Below are positions 1-13,907 of a stretch of DNA of 64,000 nt, piece after piece. The stretch is from Podarcis liolepis (taxonomy: Eukaryota), in the NCBI GenBank assembly GCA_965112155.1, contig OZ218112.1; one strand, written 5' to 3'. Below the pieces are notes generated by a model. It was not told the DNA's origin, did not search any database, and worked only from the letters and a program-made list of their open reading frames with translations. A program made the translations under genes and the position numbers. The stretch's first letter is position 1; every line of letters starts with the position of its first letter.

Positions 1-1051
1 CCCTAAGATCAGGGTGAGCGAGAGGAGAAAGGGGAGGGACTTGCGTAGTAAAAGCAAATGAGCTGTGGCAAACTCACTTTGGGTGATAAATCACCTGGCC
101 GGTAACATCTCATTTCATGCATGCCAAATTTTACTCTCCTTACAGTGAATCCTAGTAAGGATTCAATTTTCCAATTACCACTCCAGCATTCTTTAAACTG
201 ATGATCAAATCAAATTCTCTCTCATAACTTTATTTAAATCTTTCCTCCTCCACTGAGCTATAAAAGCATTTTTCTGGGAGAAAAGAAAATGTACCAAGGC
301 AGTGGTGTGCTGCATCCTAACTAACCTGTGTCTGCATATGATCCTGGCTGGGTTTTCTTCCCCCCCTCTTCCTCCTTCTCCTTCTTATTAGACATCATGA
401 CTATATTCTGGCCTTTTAAAAGACAGTGGCTTTCTGTTTGTTGCATGATAACTAAATTGTGTCTCTATATGAGCCTGGGAGGTCTCCTCCTCCCTCTCTC
501 TTCCTACACATTAAACTAGTTTGGGAATTTCATTCTGTTGTCAAGATGGGCATGGCATGCTTTGACTAGCATCAGATCAGAATCAGAACAGAAAGTGGTC
601 TATAGGTCAAGCACATGTTTTGCATGAAAAAGGTATCCGGATCATATCAAAACATCTCCAGGTTGGGTGGGGAAAACCCTGTCCAACAGTATAAATGATG
701 GCTGGTCAACACAATATCCTCCAGACATTGTAGATTACAACTTCCACCATCCATGGCCTTTGGCCATGCTAGCTGGGGCTGATGGGAGTTATAGCTCATA
801 ACATCTGGAGTGCAGCACATTGACTAGCTCTGGTGTAGACAACACTGAGCCAGTGAATGGCCTCAGTGTAAGGCACTGGCCTATGCTCTAGAGGAGACAG
901 AACTAACCACCCAACGGGTCCTTCTACCTCCTCAGGAACAGCCAGCATGGTGCCTTTACAACTCCAACTCCCACCAGCTCCTTCCAGCATAACCAATTTT
1001 CATAGCTGGACCCAATAACTACAGCGGGGTGTAGTGTTGGCTGTCTCCATT

Positions 1052-1174
1052 GCTAGAAAAAGAGGTGTTGGAACTCACCATGAATGCTTCCCTTGTTCTC
1101 CCATAATGGCAATGGCACCCACCTGAGAGGTGCTGGAACTGAGTTCTGGCAGGTTCCCACTAAAAAAAGCCCTG
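1052..1174. mobile_element. Non-autonomous hAT-like MITE, ~130 bp family (other copies 15726-15860, 52167-52301)
   Basis: All three loci share the core 'ataatggcaatggc(a/g)cccacctgagaggtgc' (slightly variant) and the end 'aaaaaagccctg'. The 52167 copy has CAGTGCT...AGCCCTG termini and a 6/8 flanking repeat (gttctcca/tttcacca). Confidence 0.65.
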
Positions 1175-3115
1175 GCTGTCTCCAACCTAATCTTAAACAA
1201 CATTCTCCATTGAGGGCCTTGTTCTGGCATTATCTTTGCAGTGTGGGAATTTTTGTTGCACTTCTCCCTCTTCTACCACAAACACAATGCCAGAATAGCC
1301 CAACCGCATGGCAGGAGTCCATGGGAAGGAGTGTATGAATATATAAAGCTGCCTCCCATTGATAAGACATCAGATTTTTCTCCTATAATTTTATTGAAAA
1401 CTTTCTGCCCTTGCTGAATAAGAGAAGCATGGTAAAGCTAGTAGGTTGATAGTCTTCCTATATGAATGACTGTGAAGGAAGTCAATGATACAGAGGCGAG
1501 AACTCAAAGCTTCCTTAAAGTGCTGGTTTATGAGCCTATCAAGCCCAGTATTTATTGACTACTCTGCCAGGTAGTGGTTCTCCAAGGCCTTCAAGGAGAT
1601 GTTGGGGACTGAACCCAAGAACCAAATGCATGGGAACCAAATGCTATCCCCCTTTTAAGTTTATTAATGATGGGGGCAGGGGCAAGAAAAATTGCATCAC
1701 ATTAAGTAAAATTGCTTTGCAAAGGGGTGCATTGAGGAAATTGATTTTTTAAAAAAAACAACAGCACTTGCATATTGGGAGAAGTTCACACCAGAATGCT
1801 TTCATGAAGTCTTATTTTTAAAACCCATAAACTGATGGAGAAATATAGAGAACTAAACTTAAGGCTGTAAAAATGAGAAACAGAGAGAAACCCAAATTGA
1901 GAGGTTCACCCATCCCAACCCAGTAATTTTTAGTCCCTGGCTCACGCGCGAAGCCAGAGGGTGCTCCCCTTCAGTTCTGGATCCCAAGGCAATTGGTAGT
2001 TGGAGGCAAATGTTCTTCTGCCTGAGCGGGGAGAGGCAAACTCCCTTCAACTGCTCCTTCTCTGGCTGGATAGGGCCAGGTTGATCTCCTCTTGCTGTGA
2101 GCAACACAGCCTATCAGTCTCCTAATGGAAGAACCAAAAGGACACACTACATCACACACAGTTTGGCTTTTCCATGCTCAAAACATAGATTTTCATTCAT
2201 GGTCAGATCCTTGTGACAAAATGACTTTTACTATTCACAGATGTGAATAATGTCCATAATGTTCAGAGGCCCAGAATATTCTACCATTTCCAGTCCTGAG
2301 TGTGCTGTATTTTTGAATATAGGACATGTCCCCCAACTCCTCTCTTCTTGACCTTACACTCTGATGTCTTTCCATTCCAATTTACCCTTCTGAGCTGTCC
2401 TTTTTTATCTTTCTTACAGCACAGACACAATATTATTATTGCAGCCTTAAGAGGATTTGCTGAGGCATTTGAAAGTGTCTTTTATGCAGATTCCCACACT
2501 CCTTTTCCCATTTGTGCCAGACACAGCTATAATTGCAGCTTAATGCGCTTTCTCTCCTCAAAATAAATAAAAATTAAAAATGGTCTGTAACTGTTTCCAA
2601 CTCTGACCAATGTTATTATTTTAAAAAGGGAGGTAAACTTAGTATTTTAAAGTGTAAGCAAATGGAAGCATAATTCAAGACCGCCAAAGAGTTATGCTAC
2701 TCCAAGGAAGTCAAAATGCACTCATTTGCATTTCAGCACTCAGCAACAAGGGATACAAGGTGTCGATTATGTTCCATGTGTGACCTTTTTAGTTTTTAGG
2801 TAATGTGCCTCAATTAATTGTCTGTGGCATCATAAAGAACCCTTTTTGCTGCAGCATGACTCTGAAAAGCCATAAAATGCTTCCCGTACAGCTGAAGTAT
2901 GAAATGCACAGCTGACCTTAGCACTTAGTGATAGCTCACCGAAGCTAATGCAGACTTTCTATTGGCATAAATTACAGTGTAACCCAAACTGAATAAGCTC
3001 AGCTAAAGCTTTCTTAGCCAACGTAGCTGGGTTTGGTAAAGTCATAGAAACCATCAGGCTTTTGAATTTGTTTCTCAGCCCATCTGTGGAGCTGTACCCC
3101 AGGATCTACTAAGAA

Positions 3116-3255
3116 ATAGCTCAGTTGGTCATGAGACTCCTAATCTCTGGGTCATGGGTTCAATCCCTACATTGGGCAAAAAGATTTCTGCATTTCAGGG
3201 AGTTTGGGCTAGATGACCCCAGTGGTCCCTTCCATCTCTACAATTCCATGACTTG
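3116..3255 (+). mobile_element. tRNA(Lys)-derived SINE with CR1-type 3' tail (Squam2-like)
   Basis: A-box-like 'tagctcagttggt' and B-box-like 'gggttcaatccc', then 'ctagatgaccccagtggtcccttccatctctacaattccatga', which resembles the CR1 tail at 28535-28584. Confidence 0.65.
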
Positions 3256-3294
3256 ATGATCAAACAAGTTTGAATGTTAGAATATAGGGCAGGG

Positions 3295-3440
3295 GAAGGG
3301 GGAAAGTTCAGTGGAAGAGCACATGCTTTGCATGTAGAAGTTTGGGTTCAATCCCCAATATATCCAGATAAAGTTGAAAAAGATCACAGCCTGAAATCCT
3401 GCATACCTGCCTACAGCCAATATAGACTAGCTTCCTCCAA
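3295..3440 (+). mobile_element. Degenerate tRNA-derived SINE (related copies near 600, 24535, 48088, 59495; minus-strand copies near 1560-1650, 47300-47390, 52740-52800, 59030-59140)
   Basis: tRNA-like head 'gttcagtggaagagcacatgctttgcatgtagaagtttgggttcaatcccc'; decayed versions recur across the window. Confidence 0.55.
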
Positions 3441-3727
3441 ACTGCATTAGTAGACTTTGGGCTCTCAAATTTCGGTGACCCCGTGTGACAGTAAAATTTG
3501 GCATCCCCACCTCTCGTGCTCTGTTCTACAACATCATTGTGGTGCCCTTGCAGCTTGATGTCTAGTATAGCTGCATCACTCATGCTACCCTAAAACCGAC
3601 ACTGCAAACTGGTACCCTTCAGATGTTTGGGAATGCTACTTCCATGATCACCAGCCAGCCACATAGCCAATTTATGATTTTTTCAAGCTAGTTCTCTAGC
3701 CAAATAATGTGTACAAAAATGCATATA

Positions 3728-3969
3728 CAGTCATACCTTGGTTGTCGAACGCCTTGGTACTCAGACGTTTTGGCTCCTGAAGACCGCAAACACGGAAGTA
3801 GGTGTTCCGGTTTGCAAACATTTTTTTGGGAAGCCAAATGTCCTTTTCGGCTGTTGGCATTGTTTCTGGGGCCAATCAGCCAATCAGAAGCCGCACCTTG
3901 GTTTGCAAACGTTTTGGAAGTCAAACAGACTCCCGGAACGGATTCCATTCGACGACCAAGGTACCACTA
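3728..3969. mobile_element. Tc1/mariner-pogo (Tigger-like) MITE, family 1
   Basis: TIRs 'cagtcataccttggttgtcgaa' / 'ttcgacgaccaaggtaccacta' with TA on both sides. Internal sequence is the reverse complement of the 10844 copy. Confidence 0.85.
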
Positions 3970-6900
3970 TACTAGGGTACTAGTGTTCATATAGATGCAT
4001 ATTTATTAGTGAGAATAAAATGAAAAACTTCATAATATTAGGGAAAACTGCTTTGCAAAAATGTGTATATTAGGAAAAATTGCATAGAGAAATGTGTACA
4101 TTAGGGAAAATTTGCACTAAAACGCTGGTAAATTTTCATGAGCATTTTTTTTACATTGCAAAATGATGTGGAAAACTTCACCTGAGACTGGAAAAGTAAG
4201 AAAACAAGAGAAACAGAAATGAACATAGTCATCCATGCCTAATCCTGACCAACACACTTCCCACTAAGCAATTGTGATAATATATAAAATCACTTTTCTT
4301 CCTCAGTGCTGCATGTGACATTGGAAAATGTTCGTCTAACAGAGGAATCAATGCGGGCAAGTAAATGGCGTGTAAAATTGAGTCGAAAGAGCTTTACTTT
4401 TTCCTCCATATTTATTGTCACCAAGTATCCTCGGAATGGCAATGGGTTGACAAAGCATTCAGGTGAAGCCCTCCATCCATCTGTGGCTTGTTTTCATTAA
4501 ACACTATAATTTCATGTCAACAGAATTTATGCCCAGTTCTGACATGCATCATACTATATGTTTAAGGAGGATTTAAAAAATGTTTTTGATCATTCAAGTT
4601 TCACTCATTCAGCTTTCTCCACTCAGAATATGACCTTCACTCCATAATGAAAGCTAAATCTTCCTTCCCTCTGAGAGCAATCTGCTGCAATTCTGTTGCC
4701 CCTTAATTATGGAAATCCTATTGCCTGAAGTGTGTATGTGTGTGCATGTGATCAGAAACAACACCATTCACACATTCAATGAAAAGCAATGGCAAAATCC
4801 TCTCTTTGTGTCTCTAGTCACATGCGTTTAAAGAGCTCTTGCGATACTTTAACAGTCATGGCTTCCCCCAAAGAAGCCTGGGAACTGTTGTCTGTTAAGG
4901 GTGCTGAGAGCTGTTAAGAGACCCGCTGCAGAATCACAATTCTCAGCACCCTTGACAAATACCATCCCCAGCATTCTTTGGGGGAAGTCATGACTGGTTT
5001 AAATGTGATTTCAATGTTTGGTGTGGCTCCAACAATATGGCTCCAACTTCTGACTGTACTGGCTTAAGATGCTTACACAGCTGGGTGGTCCTCTGCTTGT
5101 AGCAGACTTCTTCAAGGGCACAGTGACATTCCAAAGGACGAACTGGTTTGCAGTTGACAGAAACAAGGACAAATGTTAATACTCCAGAAGCTATGCATGG
5201 CATATTTTTTCCATAGGCATTCATAGACCACACTTCATCATGTAGTCCCAGAGTGAACTAAATACTGCTCAATGTAACAGGTCAACCATTTATTAGATTA
5301 TGAGACCATAAATTAAGCTGACAGAAGTCAGAAAAAGCAACAGCACTACAAGTGGGAGGGGTGTTCCAATCTCATCTTCACCTCCCCCCACCCTGTGAAA
5401 ATGGTGCATCTTCTTCACCTGATGTCAAAACAATGTATACTTCTGAATTCCAGTTGTGGTGACCACTGGAGGGGAGAATGCTGCTGAGCTCAAGACCTGC
5501 TTGTGTCTTTCCTGTAGGCATCTGGTTGGCCAGCAGCACAATGATTTGAGTCCAGGTAAGGATATGGCTCCAAAGGAGCAGCCAGGAACTGACAGGGTAC
5601 TCCACTGGGATTGGCCCCACTAGGGACTTTTCCATCAGTGTCAGCCAACCCCACAACTCACCTAGGCATACAAAGTCCTGGGCTTGCCCATCTGTCTGAG
5701 AAAACTCTTTCTTATGAGTAGCCGCTGCAGAATGTCATGAGTCAGGGATCTTGTCTTGCATGGCAGAGTTGTTTGATGAGGATAAGACTGCTTCTTTCGA
5801 GGGAGAACAGAGAGTTTCTCATTCACACAGCTCTGCTGTCATCCTGTGGCTCAGAGGATGACTCCCTTGCAGTGCCTCCACCTCTCCAGCCTTGCAGAAA
5901 CCAAAGACTACAAAATAAGACAATGTTTGTTACAAGGAGCTGGAGCCTACCACACTCCAGGGCTCATCAGCTCACATAAGGCACCAGCGAGTTCTAGCTC
6001 TCTGTAGATAATAGTTCTGTCCAAGGTCCAATGTGGTGGCTGCTTGGCAGATGCTTCCTGCTTTCCCTGCGAGTTCCCAGTTCCCACCAAACTGGACACA
6101 GACTTTGGGTATCTTGCTTTGCCTTGAACTGCACATTTTAACAGGGTCCCCCCTGGTTCCTTCTGCTCTCATCTCCTTTCTCTGTCCTTAGCCTTTGGAC
6201 CTGCTTGGGCCATGTTATTTTTTTCCACCTGACAACCCAATGAGGCCTCAGAAGAACCAGATAAATCCTTAAGGGGGTCAGGCCCTCACAGCTCCTGGCC
6301 TGGAATTCTGACCCTGCTGATTTCTCTGTGTACTGTAGCGCTGCTGCTGCAAGGTGAGGTGTCTATGGAAAACTACTGTGTTTGACATGATTAAGCATCC
6401 ATAGCTCTAAATGCATTGATTACATTTATTAGGGAGGTTTGAAGGGATGGTTTGGGGATGAGGAAACAATGAAATTTTAAACTTGACATTCAGTGCCAGT
6501 GTTGAGCAAAACTATGCATGGGGAAAAGGTAGAGAGAAAATTAATTGGCTGTGTCCATTACCACTGTGCTTGCCTAGGAGTCCCCTGAAGCTATCGCTGT
6601 AGCAACTGTTATGGGAGGCTGCAGCAGTGATGAGAGGCCTGGGCAGAGCTATTATTATGGAAACCACTAAGGCAGAGAGTAGAACAGAGAATCCAGAGGG
6701 GCTAATAGGCTATTGGTGCATACCTTATATTCTCATTTGTGATTCTGGCAATAAAGAGATTAGAGAATATAATAAAAAGGGCTCTGTTTCTTCTAATGAG
6801 CTGCTGAATTTCTTTCAATGGACTTTGGGGACCTTAAGTGATACAGCTGAAATAGAAGCAGAGGCTCTATGAAAAGACTTTTGGATGGCTCATCTCCTGT

Positions 6901-7429
6901 ATTTTAAAATAGAATAGAATAGAACGATTTGTAAACATTGCCAAGTGCTGGTGACCTAAAGGAAAGCATCAGAGGCTACAAAGCTGAAGGAATTTAGAGG
7001 ATAGGCCCCCAAATTGAAAATGACCTAAACCCAATAGACAACTTGGCAGAAAGAAATGTTCTGGTTGTCTTCAAATGTTTGTAGATATTGGAATCAAACC
7101 GTTGTGATAATTTTTTTGAAAGACGAGAAAAATGATACAGGTTGGACCTTCTATAACACTCTTTATTTAATCCATTGCTCCAGAGATGGGGAACCTGTGG
7201 TCTTCCATATGTTTTTGGACTTTAGTTCCCATCACACAACAAAGACAATGGTCAAGGATGGTGGGAGTTTAAGTCCAGCAACTCTGGGTGGGCAGTGAGG
7301 GGACCACACAGGTTTCCTATCCTGCATTAATTCATCATCCTCGGTAATGTTCACTTTGATGGACAATAGCTCTTCAGGATGTTCCTTGAAATATTTTAAA
7401 TTGAGGATGCTTGGAATTGAACCATGGAG

Positions 7430-8400
7430 AATGTAAGAAAAGCCTAATATATCAGACTGCAGGTAATCTAGTCCAGCATTCTGTTCTCATAGTTGTCGAC
7501 CAGATGCCTATGGGAATACCACAAGTAGGACATGAACACAGCAGTCCTCTCCTCACATATTTCCAGCAACTGGTACTCAGAAGCATACCTCTGATGGAGG
7601 TAGCCAAAGCCGTCATGACTTATCCTCCATTAATACACTTTTAAAGGTATCTTAGTACCAATTGTGACATCTCATGGTAGCAAATTATTACAGTTTAGCT
7701 ATGCACTGTGTTAAAGAAGCGCTTTCATTCGCCTGTCCTGAATCTTCCAACATTTCCCCCCATAAAATTTATATACTGCTTGACTGTGGAAAACAACAAC
7801 CCTAAAGCTGCTGTTTATAAAACATCAACAACTATGAAGTCATGAGTCAAAAACAGCTGTTGAAAAACATACAAGCTATAAAACCAGGTTAGAACATATA
7901 TTCAACATTCTACATGCATGAATAGGCTTGCCCAAAGAAAAAAATGTTTTTAGCAGACACCGAAAAGACTAAATGAAGAGACTTGCCTGGTGCCAATACA
8001 CAGGGAGTTACAAAGTGTGGATGCTGCCACACTAAAACTATTTTTATTTTTACAAATTATTGGATGACGCAGGGTTCTCCAATCCATTTCCGGCACACCA
8101 TGCATAATACTGTATACTTCCAAGATGCCCCACTTTAAATTTGCTTACACTGAACTGCAACTGCCATTTCAGCACTCGTTCACCCAATTTGGAGCTCAAA
8201 TCTTTCTACAGCTCCTCATAATACCTTTTTGCTGTAGCCACCCATGTATCATTAGCAAATTTAGACATGTCATTATTCACCCCTAACTCAGGATCATTTA
8301 TGAACAAGCCCAAAAGCACTGGTCCAACTGCAGATCCTTGGGAGATCCAACTTCTTACATCCTTCCATTGTGAGAACTTTCAACTTTCTGCTCTGTGTTC
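7430..8400 (-). mobile_element. Old fragmented CR1 LINE (RT motifs plus 3' UTR), interrupted by an L2-like fragment at ~7770-8030
   Basis: Minus-strand translation of ~8245-8345 gives QGSAVGPVLLGLFINDPELGVNNDMSKFANDT (CR1 PQGSVLGP...KFADDT). 7440-7760 resembles the reverse complement of the CR1 3' end at 57690-58090. Confidence 0.7.
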
Positions 8401-8420
8401 TTTAACCAAGAGCATGTGTT

Positions 8421-8941
8421 CTATGGTATGCCCCATGGAGGACCTTATGGTCTGCAAATAACAACATCTTGGAGGTCCCGAGCCTCAAGGAGATTAGACT
8501 GGCCTCGACCAGGGCCAAGGCCTTTTCGGCCGTGGCCCTGGCCTGGTGGAAACGCTCTGTCACAAGAGACCAGGGCCCTGCGGGATTTGACATCTTTCCG
8601 CAGGGCCTGCAAGATGGAGCTGTTCTGCCAGGCCTTTGGTCAGGGTTCAGCCTGACTCCCCCTCCCCTTTCATAAGAACTTGCATGAAAGTGGCCTCCTA
8701 ATTTTTCTCACAGACTCATTTAAGTTCAGCACAAACAGTTGAGCATTTAAGGTCCCCAACCCTAATCTGCGGGTTGCCATCTGATTGGGTTTTATTCTGA
8801 TCCTGATCTGATTTTAGGATGTATGTTAATTGATTGCCTGATCTTATGTTAATGTGTTATACATTTGATGTTAGCCGCTCTGAGACTGGTTTTGGCCAGG
8901 GAGGGTGGGGTATAAATAAAAATTATGATGATGATGATGAC
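8421..8941 (+). mobile_element. L2-clade LINE 3' fragment
   Basis: EVPSLKEIRLASTRAKAFSAVALAWW is homologous to AVPSLREAKLQGTRQRAFSVVAPSLWNALP at 46 kb. Ends in 'gggtggggtataaataaaaattatgatgatgatga'. Confidence 0.8.
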
Positions 8942-9789
8942 TGAGCTCCCAAATCCAATTTCTGCCCAGACACTGCTTCTGACTGCGGTATTCCGGATAT
9001 GTCCGGGAAATTCTGGACATATGGCAATCCTAGATTTAATCTTCTCACAGACATAGGAAACCCACAATATTCAAAGTCAGATGAACAAATATTATAGCTT
9101 GTTCATTTATCCATTAGATGGCAGCATAAGCTAATACAAAGAGAAATTCAAAGCTAGCCCCACCTTACTTCTGGTGCAATCTGGTTATTACAGAAACATA
9201 ATGCCATTCTGTGTACATTTCTATATGTAACCGCAGTATTATGTCAGAACTGTCTAAACCAGACTGGAAAATACATTGTTTACAAGCAAACATACTAATA
9301 AACTGGTTTTCAACTCTCGTTTCCATTTTTCTTCCTTCATTTAAAAACAACACACAATTTGGGTGACTTCCAAGTCACCCAAAAAGAAGGGGGAAAATCC
9401 CAAACAAAATAAAAATATTTCACATGACATTCTGACTAGAAATAAGAACATATTTACTTACAGTAAACCAATACATTGTAAAAATTGTTACCATGCACAT
9501 CTTTACGTAGAAATTCGAAATCTCCTATCCCAAATTTACAGGACTTGCTTGAATATAGAGTTTGTCTTCATTTTCTGGTTGTTTTATAATCTGTGGACCT
9601 GTTTGCTGCCTTGGGCTCCTTTGGGAAGAATGGCAGGGTGTAAATTCAATAAAGAAATAATAATACATCATTGCATTTCTGTAATTCAGTGTATGATAAC
9701 ACTGAGAACCAATTTTTTTCTTTAAAAAACACACTGATTTAATACATCAGCCCTCCTCAGATGTCACAATGAAGTGTTAAGGTACCATG

Positions 9790-10085
9790 TGTTGGGGGGC
9801 ATGTGTGAATGCCTGCAACAGATAGCCTGTTGTAGCTGTGGAGTCAGAGGGATGTTCATTCTGTGCTGGAATTTGGGGCTCCCATGGGAACCTAATAGGG
9901 AAGTAAGATGTGTTGAGGTGTTAAAGCTGTGAGCCCCTCCATCCTATCCCCAGGTTGTATATATGTGTAAATAAAACCATACATCCTAAAGACACCACAG
10001 TCTCCATGAACCTTCATTCCAAGGAAACCAAACACAATAACCCTTTGAGTGTCTTACCACTTGGAGATTGGGGTGCTGCATAACA
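9790..10085 (+). mobile_element. LTR-like repeat, probable solo LTR, copy 1 of 3
   Basis: AATAAA, then 'taaagacaccacagtctcca' (9987-10006) and 'gagattggggt...aaca' 3' end, shared with the 30 kb and 41 kb copies. 5' boundary uncertain; no TSD found. Confidence 0.55.
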
Positions 10086-10189
10086 GTAATGAACTCAGCA
10101 TAGGCCAAACCATGGCTTATACTACCCATAGCTGGCAACCCAAGTGAAATCTTGAGCTTTGGGCAAACCATGGTTGCTTGATTTCATTC

Positions 10190-10770
10190 TTACTCCTCCC
10201 ACTTACGACCTGATGACTAAATAAAGTATCAGGCACATCAGATTGGGATGAACTAGGGTCACTTTATTGACTCTGAACCAACCAACTAGCAGAATTAGCT
10301 CGAAATATCAGGCAAAGCCTGCAGCCAATAGGACAACCAACCCCAACCTGTGGAAAGTGGGGATACTGAAGTACTGCCTAACAGGCCTCAGGCCTCACCC
10401 TGAAGGTGAGTAGGTAGGATTTCCCCATATCACCCCTGGTTGGGGCCCCAGAGCTCTAGGTGGCTGAGGCAGGTTGGCATCAGAGGCAGTCTCTATCCAG
10501 CCCCAGGGACCACTGTCCAAAAAGCCAGCTTTGGGCATTTCTCTTATCTTGAAAGGGGCCTATGGGGTGCACCTAGCTGAAACCTCCATTCCGCTTTCCC
10601 AAAGTGCCCAAAGAAATTGCCCAAAGTGACCAAATAAATCTATTTACAAGATTTACTGAGAAGAGTAATAAACAGTCAGCTCCACTTACCCGGTGTGATT
10701 TATTGCTGGCTAGTTCCCTGGCACTGGCAACATTTCTCCAAGGCCACAGGAGGCATCCCCCCCCCGCAAC
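10190..10770 (-). mobile_element. Unclassified ORF-less LTR-like or DIRS-repeat-like element
   Basis: Minus-strand AATAAA at ~10263-10268. Right end 'cccgcaaca' is identical to the right end of the 56726-57469 element. Confidence 0.3.
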
Positions 10771-10843
10771 ATCCACTACCAGATAGCCATTTCACCTACT
10801 ACAGTGGCAAGTTCACCTGGTTCTCATACTGAAAATGAATGTA

Positions 10844-11094
10844 CAGTGGTACCTTGGTTGTCGAACGTAATCTGTTCTGGGACTCCGTTTGACTCTAGGA
10901 ACCATTCAAAAACAAAGGTGCAGCTTCCGATTGGTTGTAGGAGCTTCCTGTACTCAGTCGGAAACCACAGAAACCGCCTCGGAAGTTCAGCTTCTCAAAA
11001 ACTTTCGCAAACCAGAACACTTACTTCTGGGTTTGAGGCGTTTGGGAACTGATTTGTTTGGGAGCCAAGCCGTTCGACAACCAAGGTACCACTG
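10844..11094. mobile_element. Tc1/mariner-pogo (Tigger-like) MITE, family 1
   Basis: Perfect 24-bp TIR cagtggtaccttggttgtcgaacg / cgttcgacaaccaaggtaccactg; TA TSD at 10842-10843 and 11095-11096. Confidence 0.92.
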
Positions 11095-11949
11095 TACCTG
11101 GGAAGCAGAGAAATTTCCTGAACCTTCTTTCATTTTGTGCTGCATTCAGCTCAAACTTCCTTTCCCCCTTTTTCACTTGCAGGGACCTGTTTATTCTATT
11201 CTTTTCACAGTGCTTAGCAAAATTTAAAGCAACATCATAAATAATAATGATAATTTAAAAAGGGTTTGCTTCACTGCTCCAATTTCTTAAGGTTAGATCA
11301 TTTTCATAGGATGTTTTTTCAAGTGATACGTGCTTGGTACGAGTGATGATTGCATAGGCTGGATTCTGCAAGAAGACTGAATAGATCAACTTAAGCACAA
11401 ATGGGTAGAGACCTAACATGTATAAAATAAAAACAAACATCTATTTGTCATGATATTTCACAGACCCAAGTGATCCAGTATGGAAGCACAATAACAAATT
11501 TGGATACTCACAATTTTGGCACGAAGTGCATGCAAATACTTGGCAATTCCAGCAACAAGACACAAAGTTTAGTGAAGCATCTTCAGGGTCCCTGCCAAAG
11601 GTTTTCTTTTCTTTTTCAATATCCCACATTTCCACTGGTTAAATATTCAATATGAAGCTTCACATAAATGTTTCAAGTCTCCAGAACAAATGAACTCTCT
11701 AGAATGCATCTCTATAATTGTTCTTGCTTCGGATAACTGACTCTAGCTCACGCTGTTGCCAAGATTAAAAAGTGCTCCATTATATTCATTTATTAGTGGG
11801 GATGGCATCCAAGTTCATAATGAACATCCAACTAGGGCTGAAGAATTCAACTTCTTCATTTGGACGCATGTATCCAGAAAATTAGCAAGCCAGGTAAATT
11901 CACATTTTTCATTTATTCTTTCTCAGCATCTCTGTATCTGACATATTAT

Positions 11950-12695
11950 TTACTGGTAGCTAATTAAAGGGATTCCTTTTGAGCCTAGGGGCCAAATTCC
12001 CTCCTGGGCAACTTCCCAGGGGTCACGTGCCAGTGGAGGTGGGTCCGAAAGTAAAAGTGGGGAGAGCAACAATGTAAATCCCTCTCTAATCCTCCATCCA
12101 GACATGCAAGTGGTATTGTCAGAGGTGAACGACATGTTCCAGCCAGGCAAAATCTTTCAAGGATGATGCAAAGAAGTGGGGGGGGGGAGAGGGGTGAATG
12201 GTACAGGGAGAATCCCAATGCCCAGATATTGATGATTGGAGGACTGGATTTGGAGGGCCCACTTTAAGACAACTTGTTGTTATCAGACCCATCAGAACTT
12301 GGGGGGGGGGCTGTGGCCCTCCCAGAGAGAGTCGTGTCTTTGGAATCCCCTCTCCCCCGCCATTGTCTCTATACTCAAGGAGGGGCTTGAAGTGATGGGA
12401 ACAAATAGAGCTGCTTAAGGAGTAGCTCTCAGGTGCTTGAGCAGTCTGTCAAACAAGGAGGTTTAAGAAAGCAACACGGCAGGAGCGGGGCTACACTATT
12501 GTTCCAATTGCCCGAAATGGAGCATGGGTTCTACAGCTGTACGTTGCCTAGACCAGCTGCGTAGCGGAGAGTGTTGTTGTACATCACTTGCACAGTAGGA
12601 GCTCATTTAACTGAGTGCTTTGCCAATAAAAAACTCAAAGTCCAGCCACTTGTCCTCATTGGTCTGGGTGTGTTCAGGACGGAAGGTGCCTTTCT
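11950..12695 (+). mobile_element. Unclassified LTR-like repeat abutting the Ngaro element
   Basis: Abrupt shift to G-rich sequence; AATAAA at ~12626 followed by a U5-like GT-rich stretch. Termini and TSD not resolved. Confidence 0.3.
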
Positions 12696-13907
12696 GGGGA
12701 TTGGATGGGAGGAAGGTCTCCCCACCTTTTTCAGTGGGCAGCCAGGCATCTGAGCCCCTGCAGTGATCCAGCATGGTGGTGGGGAATTGATGACCCCCTC
12801 ATGCCAACCCGGTCATGTCATCAGTGCAGGGCGGGGCCCCACTGGCCAATCAGTGCCAGTAGGGGGCATGGTCATGGGAAATTTAACTGCTGCGTGGCCT
12901 GGGGGTCCTTTTCTCACGCCCTCTCACCAGATCTTGCCTTTCATCATTGGACACTGTGGTGATCCTCTTTTGCAGTCTTTGGATTGAGCCTTTTGGTTTT
13001 GCCTTGGATCGAGCAGCCTGGTGGCTGGGAAGTTCCTTGCCTGCATAGCCTTGCCAATCTCTCTACTGCTTTTAGCTCCCAACCTTTTGATTGTGAGGCA
13101 GCGTGCTCGGGAAGGGAACTAAAAACAACTGCTTGGTGGAGGATGTTTCTGCATTGATTCCAGCCTCCACAGGGAGGAGTGGGCAGCCAAGGTTCTGCTG
13201 TGAGAGTGATCAGCAAACTTGGCGTGGGCTGGTGTGGTGTCGTTTTGTCAGCCACGTGAGTGATTGAATTGTGTGTGCTGCTTCTCCTGGGGTTGAAGAG
13301 GATAAATTCCGTTCACTTGTCACCTGAGTTCCCTAGTACATCAGCTGTTGTCTTTAGCGACTCTCAATTCCACCAGTTGAAAATCATATACTTTTTGGGA
13401 CTCTTGGTTCGGCACCAGCTTTTCCCGTTCACCTTCACTTGCACCCATCTTCACCTCAGGCCCCGTCAGGAATGCACATATCACCTGAGCTTGCAGGCCC
13501 TTCTCACCCCAGCCCCCAAAGTTCACATAATTACAACCTGCCCCCTCCCCGCCCTTTGCCTCATCAGTCGGCAACAACTTCTTCCATTGTCTTGCAGGGT
13601 GCACAGACTGACACACACCTTTCCACCAGTCTGCCGCAGGTGGTGGGTAGCACTGGGGTGGGGGGTACTGGAGCCGAAAAGAGGGGCAAGGCTCTGACAC
13701 CTCCAGCTCGGAGGAGGACGGGCAACCTCAGAATAGTGGGTCTAAATCACCAGCGAAGAAACAGAAAAGGCAACGTCCCCCCCCCCAAAAGGGAAGAAGA
13801 GTCATAAGGATGACACTGACGAGGAATCAGGTACATCCAGTTTGGAGTATGATAGCGACGCCTCGCTGGATTGTTAGTAGGTGGATGGGGAAGATTCAGA
13901 TTGCCAT

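Noticed and set aside
3728-11094. Inverted MITE pairs (3728/10844 and 42307/46973) as ends of composite transposons
   Set aside because: Each copy has its own two TIRs and TA TSD. Opposite orientation of two high-copy MITEs has a one-in-two chance.
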